From NCBI GenBank assembly GCA_963764165.1, contig CAVXRD010000004.1, forward strand, positions 192,001 through 256,000: a DNA stretch of 64,000 bases, given 5' to 3'. Origin of the DNA: an uncultured Verrucomicrobiae bacterium. Lineage in GTDB: Bacteria > Verrucomicrobiota > Verrucomicrobiia > Limisphaerales > Palsa-1400. The notes under the pieces were generated by a model. It was not told the DNA's origin. It did no database searches and was given only the letters and a program-made list of their open reading frames with translations. Each line of letters opens with the position of its first letter. Position 1 is the first letter of the stretch. Shown here piece by piece: positions 1 to 9,851 of the stretch. A program made the translations under genes and the position numbers.

Positions 1-119
1 CGCAAGAGGCCCATTCAAAAAATATTCGCCCCTCGTGTAATAATCCTCTCCTTCGCCGCGACTAATAAAATAAAGGTCCGAAACGGACTGAAAAAAAGAC
101 AACACTTATGAAAATATCT

Positions 120-1574
120 CACAGCCATCCCACAGAAAATGAAAAAAGTGTTGGCTTTCCCGTATAAACCTGCCACACGGCAGGCATGAAAAACACGATT
201 AAGCCAACACGGAGCCAGTTCAACATTTTGCGCCAGATTTGCAATCTTATTCCAAAGCTCGAAGCCGGTAAGATAGCTCGGGAGACTGGAGTAGAAGATC
301 AGGCTCGCACCTTCAGTCCCTGGAGCCACACGGTCAGCCTGCTGCATGCGCAACTGACTCATTGCATTGGGCTCAACGATCTGTGCGATGGCCTGCGCTT
401 GCGGTCCGGGGCCGCTGTCGACCATTCGAGGAGCCACCGCGCCCAGCCGCAACGGCCTGTCCCATGCCAACCGGGAGCGATCGCCCGAAATGGCCGAGAA
501 GCTTTTCTGGCGGACCTTGGAACATCTGACCCAGCAGACGCCCGGCTTTGCGGCGGGAAAACGGCGGGGGCCGGCCTTCCGTTTCAAGATGCCCATCCAT
601 GTCATCGACAGCACGACGATGGAACTGGTGGCCAACTGCCTGGACTGGGCCAAGCACCGCCGGCGCAAGGCGGCAGCCAAAACCCACATGCGCCTGAACC
701 TGCAGAGCCTCCTGCCCAGTTTCGTCATCGTGGACACCGCCGCCGAGCACGACAACAAGCGGGCGCGCGAACTGTGCGCCGGCTTGAAAAGCGGCGAAAT
801 CGTCTTGTTCGACAAGGGTTACGTGGACTTCCTCCATTTGCTGGATTTGGACTTGCGCGGGATTTTTTGGGTGACCAGAGCCAAGGAGAACATGGCCTAT
901 GAGGTGAGGCGGGAAATGCCCGCCTCCAAGAATCCAAAGATTTTGCGCGACGAAGTGATCGTTCTGGGCAACGAAAACAAACCCGCCCCGGAACTGATGC
1001 GCCGGGTGGTGGCGCTGGTTGAGGTTGAGGGACAGGAGCGGGAGATGGTCTTCCTGACCAACAACCTGGAGTGGAGCCCGCGCAGCGTGGCCGACCTGTA
1101 TCGCTGCCGCTGGCAGATCGAAGTGTTCTTCAAGCAGATCAAGCAGACCCTGCAACTGGGCGATTTCCTGGGCCACAACGCCAACGCAGTGCGCTGGCAG
1201 GTGTGGACGGCGTTGTTAACCTATGTGCTGCTGCGCTATTTGAGCCATCTCTCCAAGTGGGCGCACAGCTTCACCCGCCTGTTCACCATATTGCGCGCCG
1301 TGCTGTGGGAGAAATATGATTTGCACCGGCTTCTAGCCTGCTATGGGACAGCAGGCGGTAGCTTTCGGAATCTAGCCCGGCCCGAGCAGGCCTATTTCCC
1401 CGGGTTCCTATGAGCTACAGCCTATGGGACAGCATCCGAACCCCAGCAAAGACAACCAAGGAGCCACCTCCGGAACGAACCAAAATTTCAGAACACAATT
1501 TCGCCAAAATGGGCGCGCTTCCATTGAAAATCAACCGGTTGCGTCACGATTCATCCCGTTATGGGACGGCTGTG
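120..1574 (+). mobile_element. IS4-family insertion sequence
   Basis: Left IR CACAGCCATCCCACA (120-134) and right IR TATGGGACGGCTGTG (1560-1574) match 13/15. A 9-bp direct repeat AAAATATCT flanks them at 111-119 and 1575-1583. A DDE transposase lies between. Confidence 0.92.
186..1413 (+). pseudogene. IS4-family DDE transposase, frameshifted near 408-411 (real or sequencing error)
   Basis: The N-terminus is in ORF 186.. and the catalytic part in ORF 367..1413 (IDST, FDKGY, YRCRWQIEVFFK = YREK motif). Removing one G from the GGGG run at 408-411 joins the two frames. Confidence 0.85.
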
Positions 1575-2354
1575 AAAATATCTGTATCCATAGAGCCGCG
1601 ATCAACATCCCGCTTGTCACTCCACTTTTGGAACACCGATCCGATACGCACATTTTTGGCGGTTATCGCCGCGGTTCTCTTCTCCACCGGTGCAGCGCAG
1701 GGGCAAGAGACGAATTCTTGCACCAGAGTGGCCAACCAACTTGTGAGCTTGATCAATGCGGGCAATTACGCCGGCATCCAGACCAATTTCAACAAGGAGA
1801 TGGACGCGGCGCTGCCGCTGGACAAATCGAAGGCGTTTTTCCGCAGGCTGTCGCAGCAGGCGGGAAGGATACAGAAACTCGGCGAGCCGCGGCCCGAGGG
1901 CGTGGCGATGGTTTATTCCGCGAAGTTCGAACGGGGCACGTTCGATATGCAGATCGCGCTGGACGATCACGGGTTGATTGCCGGCCTTCTCTTCAAACCG
2001 CACACGGCGACGAAACCCGCGCTGGAAAACCATCAGGCGCAGTTGGATCGCTACACGAAAGTTGCCAGCCAACTCGTCGAGTTGATCAACGCGGGCAGCT
2101 ACGCCAGCATCCAAGCCAAATTCAACAAGGAGATGGACACAGCGCTGCCGCTGGATAAATTGACCGAGTTCTTCAAAGGGCTGACGCAACAGGCGGGGAA
2201 AATTCAAAAGATCGGCCCGCCGCAACCCGCCGGCGAAGGGATGGTTTTCCCCGCGGAATTCGAAAAGGCCGCGGTCGACATGCAGCTTGCGCTGGACGGC
2301 AGTGGCCGGATCGCGGGGCTTACCTTCACGCCGCACGCGCCGGCGAAGCCCTAG
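1572..2354 (+). CDS. Exported protein with two tandem DUF3887-like repeats; native ATG at 108 is separated by the IS
   Basis: Hydrophobic signal segment (FLAVIAAVLFSTGAAQG) and two ~110-aa internal repeats (VA.QLV.LINAG.YA.IQ..FNKEMD.ALPLDK...IAGL.F.PH). Confidence 0.75.
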   Translation: MKISVSIEPRSTSRLSLHFWNTDPIRTFLAVIAAVLFSTGAAQGQETNSCTRVANQLVSLINAGNYAGIQTNFNKEMDAALPLDKSKAFFRRLSQQAGRIQKLGEPRPEGVAMVYSAKFERGTFDMQIALDDHGLIAGLLFKPHTATKPALENHQAQLDRYTKVASQLVELINAGSYASIQAKFNKEMDTALPLDKLTEFFKGLTQQAGKIQKIGPPQPAGEGMVFPAEFEKAAVDMQLALDGSGRIAGLTFTPHAPAKP

Positions 2355-2371
2355 TCTGCTCATATAAAAAA

Positions 2372-2902
2372 TTGCGATTGAATTCGACGCCCGCAGACGA
2401 ACGCAAGTTCCTGGAGCTGGTGAATGAGAATCAAAACAGGATTCTCAGGGTCTGCCGCGTCTATGCCTGGAATTCCGCTGACCAGGACGATTTGTATCAG
2501 GAAATCCTGTCCCAGATTTGGCGCGGCCTGCCCGGCCTGAAAGTAGAAAAATTCGCCAACACCTGGCTTTATCGCGTGGCCATCAACTGCGCCATGTCAT
2601 TCGTCCGCAAGCGCGCATCACGCTCTGAACGAGTCGTTCATTTCGAGCCCGCCGACCTGACGCGCGCGATTGAATCGCGGCAGACAATTGAAGAGAACAA
2701 GGATGACCGAATTGCAAATCTTTACACGGCCATCTACAAACTGGACGCGATAGAGAAAGCTCTCGTCACCCTTTTCCTGGAAGACTTCACCTACGAACAA
2801 ATCGCGGAAGCCACGGGCATCAACGCCAATCACGTGGGCGTCATGCTGCACCGGGCCAAGAAAAAGCTTTCCGCTCTGATGAAGGAGGCGCCAAGTGAAT
2901 GA
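2372..2902 (+). CDS. ECF sigma-70 factor
   Basis: Region 2 (DDLYQEI...TWLYRVAIN) and region 4 (TYEQIAEATGI...LHRAKKKL); 176 aa. Confidence 0.93.
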   Translation: MRLNSTPADERKFLELVNENQNRILRVCRVYAWNSADQDDLYQEILSQIWRGLPGLKVEKFANTWLYRVAINCAMSFVRKRASRSERVVHFEPADLTRAIESRQTIEENKDDRIANLYTAIYKLDAIEKALVTLFLEDFTYEQIAEATGINANHVGVMLHRAKKKLSALMKEAPSE

Positions 2903-4394
2903 CGACGATTTGAAGAAACTTTGGCAGCAGCAGCCGCTGAGGGTGCCGGACATATCGGCGGCGCAACTGGTTTCGGCCATGCAAAGCAAGACGAGCCAGC
3001 TTCGCCGCATCGTGGACGCGCGCGATCTTCGTGAAGTTCTGGCCAGCGCCTTTGTTATCATTATTTTTGGAATTTTCTATTTCACTATATATAACAATCC
3101 GATTTCGCGTGTCGGCGACTTGATTGTCATTGGGGGCGCGATATTTATTGCCTGGAAGCTTGTTTACACCCGCCGGTCTCATCCGCCCGCGCCGCCGGGA
3201 GCGGCTACCGTAGAATCTCTGCGGGCGGAACTGAATTCGGTGCGCGCTCAGTCGCGTCTATTGGGGTCGGTTCTGTGGTGGTACCTGCTCCCGCTGGCTA
3301 TCGGCGAGTTGATCGCTACCTGGGGCCTGCAGATCGATCTCTTTTCCAAAAGTTTTGGCGCGTTGATTTTCATTGCGGTAAATGCGTTCATCTATCGGCT
3401 CAATCAGCGGGCGCGGGCCAAACAGCTTCTTCCCGTCGAAGCGCAATTGGAATCGCTGCTTCATTCAGCCGAAACCGGCGAGCCGCTGGATGCAACGCAG
3501 GCAGCAAGTCTTCGTCCGATAGTGGTTTCGATGGCAGCCGCCGGCCATGTAAAACCCGCTGAATTCAAAGTCGCTTTTTGGCAAATCGCCATTCCTGGCG
3601 TAGCCGGATTTGTCGGAATATGGTTCTTTTTGATGATTGGCCTGGGCGTTTACCATGAAAACTGGAAGCCCAAAGAGCCGGCCGTTCAGTCCAATCCCGC
3701 TGCGGAAACAAATCGCTACTTCGTCGTCGTTCAGAAGGCAGTTGAGCTGTTCAACGCAGGCGATTACGCCGCCATGCAAAAGCTATACAATCCGGGAATG
3801 GCTCAGGCGTTTCCGCCACAGAAAAATTCCGCGTTTTATACCGACCTCGCAACACGTTGCGGCAAGATCGAAAGCTTCGACGGGCCCACCACCAACGGCT
3901 ATCACGGCTGGACCGCGTTCTGGCTGCATTGCCAGCACGATGAGTTGGTCATGAGTCTCGCGCTGGATGCGAATGGCAAAATCGCCGGAATCTATTTCCA
4001 GCCTGCCTGGCTTTACCTGGATATCAAATTGTTCATCGCCCGATCTTTCAATTGGCCGCACATGGTTTTGCTCGTGCCCTTCTTTTTGGCCGGGTTGCTA
4101 TATTCAAGAATGCTCCAAAAACTCACGGAGCGCGCGGTGGGGATCAGCACCCTGGGAATTCATCTGCATAAAGGACGAAACCTCGTTCTCTGGGACGAAA
4201 TAAAAGAGGTCCGGCTGCTGAGGATCCTAAATATTCACTCCCTTTGGTTGATCAAAGAATCCGGCGAAAAGACAATCATGCCTTGGAGTTCCTTGGACCG
4301 ACATTCAGACTTGAAGGCGGCGGTGGAAGCCTTTGCCCCGGCAAACCATCCCATACGAAAACACCTGTCTCTGCTAAAACGAACGAGCAGGTAA
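2895..4394 (+). CDS. Multi-TM putative anti-sigma factor with a DUF3887-like extracytoplasmic domain
   Basis: Overlaps the sigma gene end; starts MNDDDLKKLWQQQ, has several TM segments, and the domain VELFNAGDYA...LALDANGKIAGIYF resembles the repeats of 1572..2354. Confidence 0.7.
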   Translation: MNDDDLKKLWQQQPLRVPDISAAQLVSAMQSKTSQLRRIVDARDLREVLASAFVIIIFGIFYFTIYNNPISRVGDLIVIGGAIFIAWKLVYTRRSHPPAPPGAATVESLRAELNSVRAQSRLLGSVLWWYLLPLAIGELIATWGLQIDLFSKSFGALIFIAVNAFIYRLNQRARAKQLLPVEAQLESLLHSAETGEPLDATQAASLRPIVVSMAAAGHVKPAEFKVAFWQIAIPGVAGFVGIWFFLMIGLGVYHENWKPKEPAVQSNPAAETNRYFVVVQKAVELFNAGDYAAMQKLYNPGMAQAFPPQKNSAFYTDLATRCGKIESFDGPTTNGYHGWTAFWLHCQHDELVMSLALDANGKIAGIYFQPAWLYLDIKLFIARSFNWPHMVLLVPFFLAGLLYSRMLQKLTERAVGISTLGIHLHKGRNLVLWDEIKEVRLLRILNIHSLWLIKESGEKTIMPWSSLDRHSDLKAAVEAFAPANHPIRKHLSLLKRTSR

Positions 4395-4427
4395 AGGGAA
4401 TCAAACCCTCTTTTCGATGCGAATAGT

Positions 4428-4530
4428 TATATAATCTCCAAAAAGTGGCAACATCCGTTACACTGTTGATTATAAAGCATTTAAGTGGCAACAAAAATGG
4501 CAACAAGGTGGCAACAAACCGGCAACATTT
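4428..4530. repeat. GGCAACA iteron-like repeat block, copy 1
   Basis: Repeated GGCAACA heptamers around CTGTTGATTATAAAGCATTTAA; a homologous block lies at 35848-35950. Confidence 0.7.
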
Positions 4531-4541
4531 TGGAAAAGGTT

Positions 4542-4723
4542 GAGCGCGGCTGTGTTGAAGACCAGCCGCAGCCACTTCGAAATAAGGGGCACGTTGGAAA
4601 GAGCACCGCGACTCGCCAGCCGCAGTTCCGAAGTTTTGACATGCTTTTCGGAGATGGCCGCAACAAGATTCGCCTTCGGTTGTTTGAGTATTGCTGCGGC
4701 TGGTCTTCGATACAGCCGCGCTC
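4542..4723. repeat. REPIN-like inverted repeat pair
   Basis: GAGCGCGGCTGTGTTGAAGACCAGCCGCAG...CTGCGGCTGGTCTTCGATACAGCCGCGCTC; a second family member lies at 24674-24768. Confidence 0.7.
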
Positions 4724-4818
4724 CGCCTGTCGGACTGCGTCCATCACCGCTTTTAATTGCGCCCGCCGCAACTCTTCGGGTTTGCGCGCCTGATTTCGAT
4801 TCCGAGTAAAGTGGCCTG

Positions 4819-5028
4819 ATGACAGCGGCAAAAGTTATTGAGGAAATCATGCATCTCCCTCGTGAAGAGCAATCCCAGGTCCTCGAATTTGCTCTTGAAC
4901 TCAAGCGCAAGCGCCAGCTTTCGGGAAAGGAGTTATCCTCGTTGGCGCAACGGATGGTTGACTCGGACGATCCCATTGAGGTGGAACGAATGAAATCGGA
5001 GATCATGCGCGGCTTTTACGGAGACTAG
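4819..5028 (+). CDS. Small hypothetical protein, antitoxin-like in size and composition
   Basis: 69-aa helical ORF (MTAAKVIEEIMHLPREEQ...); no cognate toxin is visible downstream. Confidence 0.55.
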   Translation: MTAAKVIEEIMHLPREEQSQVLEFALELKRKRQLSGKELSSLAQRMVDSDDPIEVERMKSEIMRGFYGD

Positions 5029-5247
5029 CCGTGCCGCGAATCCGAGAGAAGCCATCCCGCGAACCTGTTGGCCCAGATAGGTGAGCGCTGAAATCAATTT
5101 GTTGAAAATGCTATGGCGGGTGTGAGTGCCATTAGGCACGGCATATTTGTAGCAACCACGACGAAAGAGTCCCAAGCCCCGTAGGGAGCGACATATTCCG
5201 GGCACAAAAGCAGCCAATGCCAGCCGGTTGACGATGCCGCTCCTGAC

Positions 5248-5551
5248 GCGCCGACCGTGATATTGGACGCGATCAAAGGCTTGTGCCCCATGGCCGCCAG
5301 CACCGAAACGAGCGTCGTCTTCCCGCACCGTTTTTCCGGCGATTCAATCGCCACAGAAGCCACCGCATCGCGCAGCTCGAAGGTATAAGTGTGCAGCACC
5401 CACACCGCCAAAGCCGCCGCAGCGTGCTCATTGAGCACGACATGCCGCGTGATGACCGCTTCAATATCCGTCAACAACCCGCCAAATCGACCGCCTCTGG
5501 GTATGGCGGCACCGCGTCAAAGAGAAAAGAATCCTGTTTCATAATTGTCAT
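5248..5551 (-). pseudogene. Remnant of a DUF3631-like phage/satellite replication protein
   Basis: VPPYPEAVD, then a frameshift, then LTDIEAVITRHVVL...LAVWVLHTY...SPEKRCGKTTL (Walker A-like); the sequence breaks off after NITVGA. Confidence 0.65.
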
Positions 5552-6008
5552 TTTTCCGTTTGATCCTGCCACCGCCACTTGGACAAAGCTGTCTAGGAGG
5601 GCAGATTTCTTAATGGTAGCGGACCGTCCCGGTCGCCTCCAATCGGCGTCCCGCCAAGTGGCCGCCGCGATCAAAAGTGCCGGTCCTGGATGGACAAAGG
5701 CATCTGAAACTAAAGATGCATTCGGCGGGACGCCAAATGCGGCGGTCGAGACGCCCGCGCTCCCATGGATTCAACTGAACCGCTCCGGTCAAGCTCCGTA
5801 GACGCGGTACAGTTCGAGTAACGTCAAAGCATATGTCGCCCCTACGAGCCTTAATTCCAGAGAATGCGGGGTTCTACAACGATGTCGCACCTACGGCGCT
5901 GCTAAAAAGCGAAATGCGGTCGGCGAGGGCGCCAACCGCATCTTAGACGTCGGAAATTAGATGCGTCTGCCCTGACGAGTATGATTGAATGTGGGTGAGC
6001 CTCTCAAA

Positions 6009-6081
6009 AATATTTGGGCGGCGACGCAGCGCCGCCTTACCTCAATTTGGTAGGGCGGACCTGCGTGTCCGCCCAAATATT
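6009..6081. repeat. GTAG-type REP doublet
   Basis: Arms AATATTTGGGCGG / CCGCCCAAATATT enclose GGTAGGGCGGACCTGCGTGTCCGCC; an inverted copy lies at ~11020-11090. Confidence 0.75.
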
Positions 6082-6235
6082 CTCACCTGCTTTCAATCGC
6101 ACCCTGCGGGGAGGGCGCCTCTCACAATACACCCGGCTTGTCGAGCAGGTTGAAGCATGGTAAACTTGGGAAATGAGCGCGACATTGACGATCAATTTGG
6201 ACGCGGACGGAGCGCCCTCAAAATAGGGGGCAAAC

Positions 6236-6254
6236 ATAATCACATATTTGGCAC
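6236..6254. repeat. 19-bp junction motif copy 1 (ATAATCACATATTTGGCAC)
   Basis: One mismatch to the identical copies at 7280-7298 and 9852-9870. Confidence 0.8.
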
Positions 6255-6490
6255 AGAGATGCCACATTGGGCCGTGAAAACAGGAGATGCAAATATGCAA
6301 TCGTACTGGACTGACACCTCCATTCCACGCCAGCAAATCTTTCACCGGAACCAAGGGAAAGCAAAACTGACCACGGCGGAAGTCAAAGCCTGGATTAGAT
6401 AGAGGCGGCGGTGAGCGGCAGTTTCGTTGTGGATGCGTCCGTCGCGTCTCCTTTTCCGCTTTCCCGCTCACGCTTACAGCTACAAACTCC

Positions 6491-7306
6491 TTAATTGGAT
6501 ATCTTCAACCGCTGCATGGACTTGAGTGCTCTACTTGCAGCAGACTGGACCAAAGGCTCGGCGTCATTACTCCATTCCCTCAGCGCCGAAGCAACCGCCT
6601 CATCGTAACCTTCATTCCTCTCTAAAACATGAATAACCTCCAATCGCTGATCGCCGTCTAAGACTTTCGCTCCTATTCTAATAAGAGATGGAAATCCTCG
6701 AGGCCCGAAAGCACCGATGCATTTGACCGTCGTACAAAATGCGCTATAATTGACCATCTCTTGTTCAACAGGAATTTTAGATCGTGGATGGGCCAAAACG
6801 TTTGCTCGTTCCTCCAATTTCGGAATTATGTGGCTAACGCTGTCTCCCAATACTCTAAATGCCAAAACGATAGCTTCGCCATTCGGCCCTTCGTCCAGCG
6901 GAGAGACCCGTGGCGACACAAAGGCACTTATTCTCACTTTCAACCGGGACCAAACACCCGGCTCAGTCAATAATGCAGATGGTCGACGCGTGTCCAAATT
7001 ATAATCCTTAGACAACCAATATAATAAAGTTGGAATGCATTTAGAACCCATACCTCTAATTGCATGCACCGTGTCAGGAGGAGGACTAAACCCACCAAAA
7101 TCGTGGTCGTAATGCGGTAAATCCGATACCCAGTCCGATAGAGTCCTTCCGTCATAAGAGGGGTCTAGCGCAGGTGTCGCCCAGAGATCTACAAAAATAA
7201 TAGATATGCAGACGATAAGCAGTATAACTATAACTATCGATATTTTACTTAAAGTCCTACCTCGAAGGGATCGCCCAGGATAATCACATATTTGACACAA
7301 TCTCAT
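6491..7306 (-). CDS. Membrane-anchored hypothetical protein with HEAT-like C-terminus, AT-rich
   Basis: N-terminal TM segment, YDGRTLSDW motif, C-terminal DAEPLVQSAASRAL; composition is visibly AT-richer than neighbouring genes. Confidence 0.65.
   Translation of the reverse strand: MRLCQICDYPGRSLRGRTLSKISIVIVILLIVCISIIFVDLWATPALDPSYDGRTLSDWVSDLPHYDHDFGGFSPPPDTVHAIRGMGSKCIPTLLYWLSKDYNLDTRRPSALLTEPGVWSRLKVRISAFVSPRVSPLDEGPNGEAIVLAFRVLGDSVSHIIPKLEERANVLAHPRSKIPVEQEMVNYSAFCTTVKCIGAFGPRGFPSLIRIGAKVLDGDQRLEVIHVLERNEGYDEAVASALREWSNDAEPLVQSAASRALKSMQRLKISN
7280..7298. repeat. 19-bp junction motif copy 2 (ATAATCACATATTTGACAC)
   Basis: Identical to 9852-9870; lies 4 nt past the REase stop codon. Confidence 0.8.
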
Positions 7307-8292
7307 TTTGGCAGCACATCAGGATACGGTCCAAGAAACCGTTCACCATTGAAATGAATCATATGGTCGGGGTCTTCCGCGATCCATACTTCGGATTCCC
7401 ATGCTATTTGTGAGACAAATGATTGCATGATCCGGCGGGTTTCAAACGCGGTGACAAAAACGAGGCCCGCCTTGCAGCCCGCAAATAATTCTTTGAGTTC
7501 CTTGCGACGTTTGCCGTCCACAGGCCCCGCACTTGTGACGGCTTCGATCAGCAATAGCCAATTTTTTTCGGTGTGGTGAACGATGACATCAGGAATTTTG
7601 GCGGCTGAGTCCAGTGTGACACCGAGAGACTTGAGGCGTTCAACCTCAAGATGAACGAATTTGTTTTCCGTGTCGCCGATGTAGATGACAACGCCGCCCG
7701 GAGCAAAGGCAGGACAAAATTGCTCGATGATTGCTTTGATGAGGGGATTCTGCCCACCCGGCGAAAGCGCCACCTGCGAACCGTCAGGCAATGTGACGGG
7801 CACGCGTGCGAGAGTCCGTTTCCGGGTAATCTCGTCCTTAATGGTCTCCCTGCTAGCAAGGTATTTTCCGACCGCCGGAGTCCATTTTCCGGTTCCAAAA
7901 GTCCGCAGCAATGCGAGTGCCGATGGTTCAATCTGATAGACCGTCTTCCCGCTGTTTGTTGGCCGATTTGGGTCGTCAGGGTTGCGGAGCAGCAATCCAG
8001 CCTCCACAAAAAACTTTACGGCATCGTCTCGAATTGTTTCACGAGTGTTGGGCGCGTAGCGAACCCCATATGCTTCGGCGATAAAATCGATGACTGGCGT
8101 GATGCCACGAAGGGGTGCTTGTGCATCTTCCCAAGAAACCTCTGGCCGAAGATCAAGCAACGCAAGCAAAGTGTAGGCGGCAGTCTCGTTTCTTTGCCTT
8201 GGCCCAAACTGCAACGCGGCAAGAATTTCGCCAGTTTCAGCGAGTTTCTGTTTTCGTGATTTTTCTAAACGATTTGGCCTATTGGTGGGCAT
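7303..8292 (-). CDS. BsuBI/PstI-family type II restriction endonuclease
   Basis: YAPNTRETIRD, RPTNSGKT.YQI, LSPGGQN, KIPDVI...LIEAVTS.GPVD, IAWESEVW are characteristic family motifs; adjacent to an MTase. Confidence 0.92.
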   Translation of the reverse strand: MPTNRPNRLEKSRKQKLAETGEILAALQFGPRQRNETAAYTLLALLDLRPEVSWEDAQAPLRGITPVIDFIAEAYGVRYAPNTRETIRDDAVKFFVEAGLLLRNPDDPNRPTNSGKTVYQIEPSALALLRTFGTGKWTPAVGKYLASRETIKDEITRKRTLARVPVTLPDGSQVALSPGGQNPLIKAIIEQFCPAFAPGGVVIYIGDTENKFVHLEVERLKSLGVTLDSAAKIPDVIVHHTEKNWLLLIEAVTSAGPVDGKRRKELKELFAGCKAGLVFVTAFETRRIMQSFVSQIAWESEVWIAEDPDHMIHFNGERFLGPYPDVLPK

Positions 8293-9769
8293 GAAGATGC
8301 TTTTCGACGAGTTTATCGAGTGCTTCTTGCGGTTGATCGAGCTGTTCCAATTCGTTTCCCATTGCCTTCAATGTTTTTCGGTCAGGATAGGCCAATTTGC
8401 GCAGGTCGGTGGCATTTACCTGCGTATGCCCGCTGAAACGCCGGAAATACTGGTCAGCCACCGTGGAATTTAGGAAGGCAAAAAGTCCGACCGCCAAGTC
8501 TCTATCCAGCCCGTGACCGTCAGCGTGGAAATAATTAAGATGGTTTTCAAATCCGAGCCATTCGGCATCCACGTCCCGCGGGTCGAATAGGCAGGCAACC
8601 AGGCGGCGGCGTTCCTCTTTGGATGTGAATCGTTTCGTGAGCAAATACACCCCGGATTTTACGAGCCGGGGCCGGGTTTCGTCATTGTCAAGAATGGCGT
8701 TAGGCTTGCGGGCATCCAGTTTCGGCCAATGGACAGTTCCACCATTGAAGTGGCATGGGTAAAGCAGGGGCACGGTTCCGCGCTCCGGCTTCATGCGCAA
8801 AGCATCTTTAAGACGAAAATCAACTACGCGCCCGGTTGAAACGGCAACTCCCAAAGAGGCAAGCGTTGCGCGCAATCCATCCATGACTTTTTTTGCGCTG
8901 GCATGACCTGAAGCGGATGGAATGTGAATGAATTTTTCCGAATCGTTTTCATGAACGATTTCCGCAAATGGGATTTTTGCCTCGACGACAATATCACCAT
9001 GTATCCCGCTGCTGCTGGAAACCACCAGCTTGCCGGGCTGCTTGCGGCCTTTCACGGCGTGGAAAATAATATTTTCCTGCAGCACGCTATCCTCACGGAA
9101 AGCCGCTCCGCGCGATTCAAAAACATGGAGGCGATGGAATTCCAGGTTGGCGAGCAAGTCTTCGCGAAAGGGGCGGAAATACGGGCCGTTGCAAAAACTT
9201 CTTGGGGTGATGGCCACGAGTTGCCCGCCGGGCGCGAGCAATCGGTGGATGAGCGCAATAAAGCCAGCGTAGAGATTGCTGGTTTCAACGCCTACATGGC
9301 GCAAAGCTCGCCTTTCCGCGGAATCGGTGCTGATTTTCCGATAGGGAGGATTTACGATGGCAGCATCGAAAACCGGCGGCTTCGCGCTGAATAAACTATC
9401 TCCAAGACAAGCCGACATTTCTTGAATGAAATCAGTCTCATGGATGGTGAAACTGAATTGAATTCCCGCGTTGTCGCAAATACGCTGGCAGTCCTGCATT
9501 TTTTCCAAAAGCGCATCCTGAATCAGCGGGTCGATCTCGAATAGCGTGGCTTCGACTGCGCTAACAGCGGCGCTGTTCACACATAGATGCGAAACGAAAG
9601 CTGCCGTGAGTGATCCGGCCCCGGCCCCAGCATCAAGCAAACGCACAACTTTGGGGAGCGGCGCGAACAAAGAAGCCATAAAATCAGCGACAGGAGCGGG
9701 GGTAAGGAATTGTCCAAGCTCCCCTTTTCGCTTGCGAGCTGCTGATTCTGCCACGGCCGCGGTTAACAT
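8279..9769 (-). CDS. N6-adenine DNA methyltransferase (M.BsuBI/M.PstI-like, Eco57I/TaqI class)
   Basis: GQFLTP, LDAGAGAG (motif I), NPPY (motif IV), C-terminal FSGHTQVNATDL; overlaps the REase start. Confidence 0.93.
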   Translation of the reverse strand: MLTAAVAESAARKRKGELGQFLTPAPVADFMASLFAPLPKVVRLLDAGAGAGSLTAAFVSHLCVNSAAVSAVEATLFEIDPLIQDALLEKMQDCQRICDNAGIQFSFTIHETDFIQEMSACLGDSLFSAKPPVFDAAIVNPPYRKISTDSAERRALRHVGVETSNLYAGFIALIHRLLAPGGQLVAITPRSFCNGPYFRPFREDLLANLEFHRLHVFESRGAAFREDSVLQENIIFHAVKGRKQPGKLVVSSSSGIHGDIVVEAKIPFAEIVHENDSEKFIHIPSASGHASAKKVMDGLRATLASLGVAVSTGRVVDFRLKDALRMKPERGTVPLLYPCHFNGGTVHWPKLDARKPNAILDNDETRPRLVKSGVYLLTKRFTSKEERRRLVACLFDPRDVDAEWLGFENHLNYFHADGHGLDRDLAVGLFAFLNSTVADQYFRRFSGHTQVNATDLRKLAYPDRKTLKAMGNELEQLDQPQEALDKLVEKHLHAHQ

Positions 9770-9810
9770 GGCGTGAGGGTATCAAACTTGGCGTTGCTTC
9801 GCAATCGGGC
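9706..9810. repeat. 105-bp direct repeat copy 1 (MTase 5' end plus upstream sequence)
   Basis: Near-identical to 10854-10958. Confidence 0.85.
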
Positions 9811-9851
9811 AATATGGGTCAAAGGAAAGTCATCCTGAAAAATGAATCCAC

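Noticed and set aside
1410..1571. N-terminal extension of ORF 1410..2354
   Set aside because: Lies inside the IS right end; the native start is at 108.
6037..6471. Opposing short ORFs 6037..6471 (-) and 6157..6402 (+)
   Set aside because: Both run through the junction motif (the longer also through a REP) and show no recognisable motif; not called.
7303..9769. Assigning CTGCAG specificity from site avoidance
   Set aside because: CTGCAG occurs repeatedly in the window; specificity cannot be determined without methylome data.
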